A stretch of DNA of 63,829 nucleotides, the filler included, from Rhabdomonas costata (Eukaryota), in NCBI GenBank assembly GCA_019059605.1. It is 46 parts of 46 records of this genome, joined end to end, with 100 filler letters (N's around TTAATTAATTAA, not from the genome) between each part and the next. Parts side by side here need not be neighbours in the genome. Positions count along the whole stretch, not along the records: positions 61,152 to 62,439 come from JAHMHO010020499.1; positions 62,540 to 63,829 come from JAHMHO010020500.1; 44 more parts are not named here. The stretch is one strand, 5' to 3'. How positions within the stretch are numbered: the first letter of the stretch is position 1; each line of letters starts with the position of its first letter. The notes beneath the pieces are model-generated. The model had not been told where the DNA came from and made no database searches. It saw nothing but the letters and a program-made list of their open reading frames with translations. Position numbers and translations under genes: made by a program. Positions 61,523-63,829 of this stretch are shown here, one piece after another.

Positions 61523-62855
61523 TGTTTGTTTTGTTTGGGGGTCTCCTGGATGGACAAAGGGAGTTGAATGCCCCGCTGCAAAAAAAGAAGAAAAAAAGGA
61601 AACCCACAAACCACACCCCAAGGAAAAACGGCGAGACACTGCTTCTTCCTGGTAGACTAGAGATCCCACACCGGGGGGGGGGGGAGCGGGAGAATCTAGG
61701 ACCCTACCCACAAGATTAGAGTGGATGTCTTTGACGCACTTATGCCTTTTTACCGAAAACAAATTTGCAATTTTCTTTGGTAAATTGGCATTTAAAGTGA
61801 CGCCACCCCACCTACTCCCAAAACAAGCCAAAGCTTCTCAATATTGCAGAATCACACCAAGCGAACATGGCACCACGTCCAAAACCAAAGAACTACTTAC
61901 AACCAAAACTGCCTGGTCTTCAACCCTGAGACAGACACACTTGGGAGGAAAACCATAAAACATCACTGCATTTATGGGGACGAACCTCCATGCAATTTAA
62001 CTTGACAATGCTTTGCTTTTTGTTTTTTTTCTTTGGAAAATGTGCCTGCGTTGTTTGGTGTGTTTATGTTTCCCAATCACTTGCACTGAACCCCCACCAC
62101 CACCACCCGCCCGCACATTTTCTTTCCTCTCCTCGGACGCGCTGCCTTTCATATTGTTCCTCACCCTCACACTTCCCACCCTGCCACAAATGATCCCACC
62201 AATTAAATAAGACAAAATAGTGTTTTCACTGACCTATGATGGGAACCCTCACAGAACGACTTGGACGAAGAGATGGGAGCCACCTGCCATCGGGCACTCG
62301 GGCACTCGCGCGGCGTACTTGGGAATCGTGGGAGTCAACATCCGACATTGCACTTTTCCCGTTTCGCTTTTGCATTCAGCATGGCAACATTGCTGGGAAC
62401 GTTGGCGATGGCCATGCTTCAGATTGACAACAACACACANNNNNNNNNNNNNNNNNNNNNNNNNNNNNNNNNNNNNNNNNNNNTTAATTAATTAANNNNN
62501 NNNNNNNNNNNNNNNNNNNNNNNNNNNNNNNNNNNNNNNGTTGTGGGGGTCGGTTTCACACTCACAACCATGTTCAGCCCTGGGTCGTTGTGTCGGATTG
62601 GGGTTCGCGTTTAGGTCACACTCGCTTGTTGGACTCCTTCGCCCTTTCCGGGACCGCTCCTTTATAGCTTTATAGCCCCGTAAAATGGGTTAAGTTTACC
62701 TTTGATTACTTGAAATTATCAGCAAAAGTACCGGCGATAGCATCTGCTGGCAATCTCTTTAAGGTGAGTATGTCACAACATTGATGTCACGAAATTCAAA
62801 AGATTGGCAGGTTGGTTTGGGGTTTGGATCGTTTGCTTGTTTGCTTGCTTGTGTG

Positions 62856-62883
62856 TTTGTTCCACGTGTTCGCATCTTCTTCG
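62856..62883 (+). repeat. Dispersed repeat family B, copy 2
   Basis: 28/28 identical to 33408-33435. Confidence 0.85.
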
Positions 62884-63829
62884 AGTTCCCTTCCCTTTTC
62901 AGCAGTCCTCCGCGTATTTTGTGTTTCTTGTGAGTCTGCTATTAGCGAGCCGGATTCCCGCCTTGTCCCTTTTCGGTATTGGCATTCACCAAGCTCGCAG
63001 TGATTATGGGCCGGGGGTGCGATGACCCAAAGCGAGCTTTCAAAAAAATACCAACCCCCACTAAAAAATTTCAACAGATTCCTCTCGAGCTCAGTAAGAG
63101 TTTGCATGGACAGCCTCCAAAGTGGTTCTTGATTTCTTCTTCTTCGAGGAAGAAAGGCGAACCTGCAAGGTGCGTCCGGCGGGAGGTGCCTCCCGGCGTG
63201 CAGTTGATGGGTCTGTTGTGTGAACGACCGAGACCGAAAGGGACGCGGTGGTGCTTCGAACACTGCTTTTCCCTCCGCATAGGAAATGCACGTGTCTTGA
63301 CAGTGACCTGTGCCGGTTTGCTTGGACCTGTTGGCCATTGGGGCTGCGGGCGAGGCGTCTTCGCAACTCTTCTTGCGCCCCGTTTTTTTCCACCGCAGCC
63401 TAAACCGAAGTTAACTTACAAGCGATAGGGCGTGAGCGGGAAAGAGTGAGGGACGGTGGAGAGGCAAATCACAGGTGTCCCCTCCCTTTCTGTTCAATTC
63501 CTCCGTTGCCGCATGTGCGCGCACAGGCCCACACGTCCTCCCTCCCCTCGCTCGCTGGTTCACACTGTCCTCTCTTGATCCTCCAGACTTAAGGCACGCA
63601 AAACCTTCGAAGTTCAGTTTTTGCTGAGCCACCAACTCAGCGTATTTGGTTTTGCACTAACTTCAAAAGATAATCAAACACAAACTACCAAACACAATTA
63701 AACAATAAAATTTAATCAAAAATAACGCCACTAATTGCAAACTACTGGATAACTCCATAAGGAAAGAGGGACCTTGCAAAATCGCGGTGCATTTAAGACA
63801 ACTTTTACTAGGAAAATTTTGAAAGCGTT

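Noticed and set aside
1292-62539. Regularly spaced TTAATTAATTAA with ~1.3-kb unique intervals, resembling an array or cassette system
   Set aside because: Embedded in N runs; it is a synthetic six-frame-stop linker. ORFs ending in X...LIN are artefacts of it.
1-63829. rRNA, tRNA, snRNA, spliced-leader RNA genes and multi-gene operons
   Set aside because: None recognised by eye; contigs are unlinked, so gene neighbourhood across linkers carries no information. Most listed 60-150 aa ORFs are chance frames in intronic DNA.

Overview
This window is not one locus. It is a concatenation of 46 unlinked contigs of about 1.26-1.29 kb, joined by 45 artificial 100-bp linkers (N44-TTAATTAATTAA-N44), so neighbourhood across linkers means nothing. 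Most contigs are fragments of an intron-rich eukaryotic (protist-like) nuclear genome, with short GT-AG-flanked exons, microsatellites and decayed retroelements. The 5' splice sites are unusual (mostly GTNYG); this is compatible with a euglenid, but the identification is inference only. G/T-only left ends, C/A-only right ends and fold-back hairpins at contig termini point to whole-genome amplification. Recognisable exons: NAP1, a bacterial-type indolepyruvate ferredoxin oxidoreductase, SPFH/HIR band-7, TVP23, a Ser/Thr kinase, a PPR protein, GPATCH1, a RanBP2 zinc-finger/RGG protein, prefoldin 2, a dual-specificity phosphatase, isochorismatase-like, METTL24-like, amastin/claudin-like and two paralogous signal-peptide exons. 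Ty3/Gypsy gag, protease-RT and integrase remnants are also present. The most unusual signal is in two compositionally distinct contigs (15268-16559 and 25008-26298). They share a family of small hairpin elements built from tandem G.A pairs and GNA triloops, with compensatory base changes between copies. This suggests structured single-stranded-DNA elements from an organellar or extrachromosomal replicon. All protein calls come from motif recognition by eye; no database search was run.
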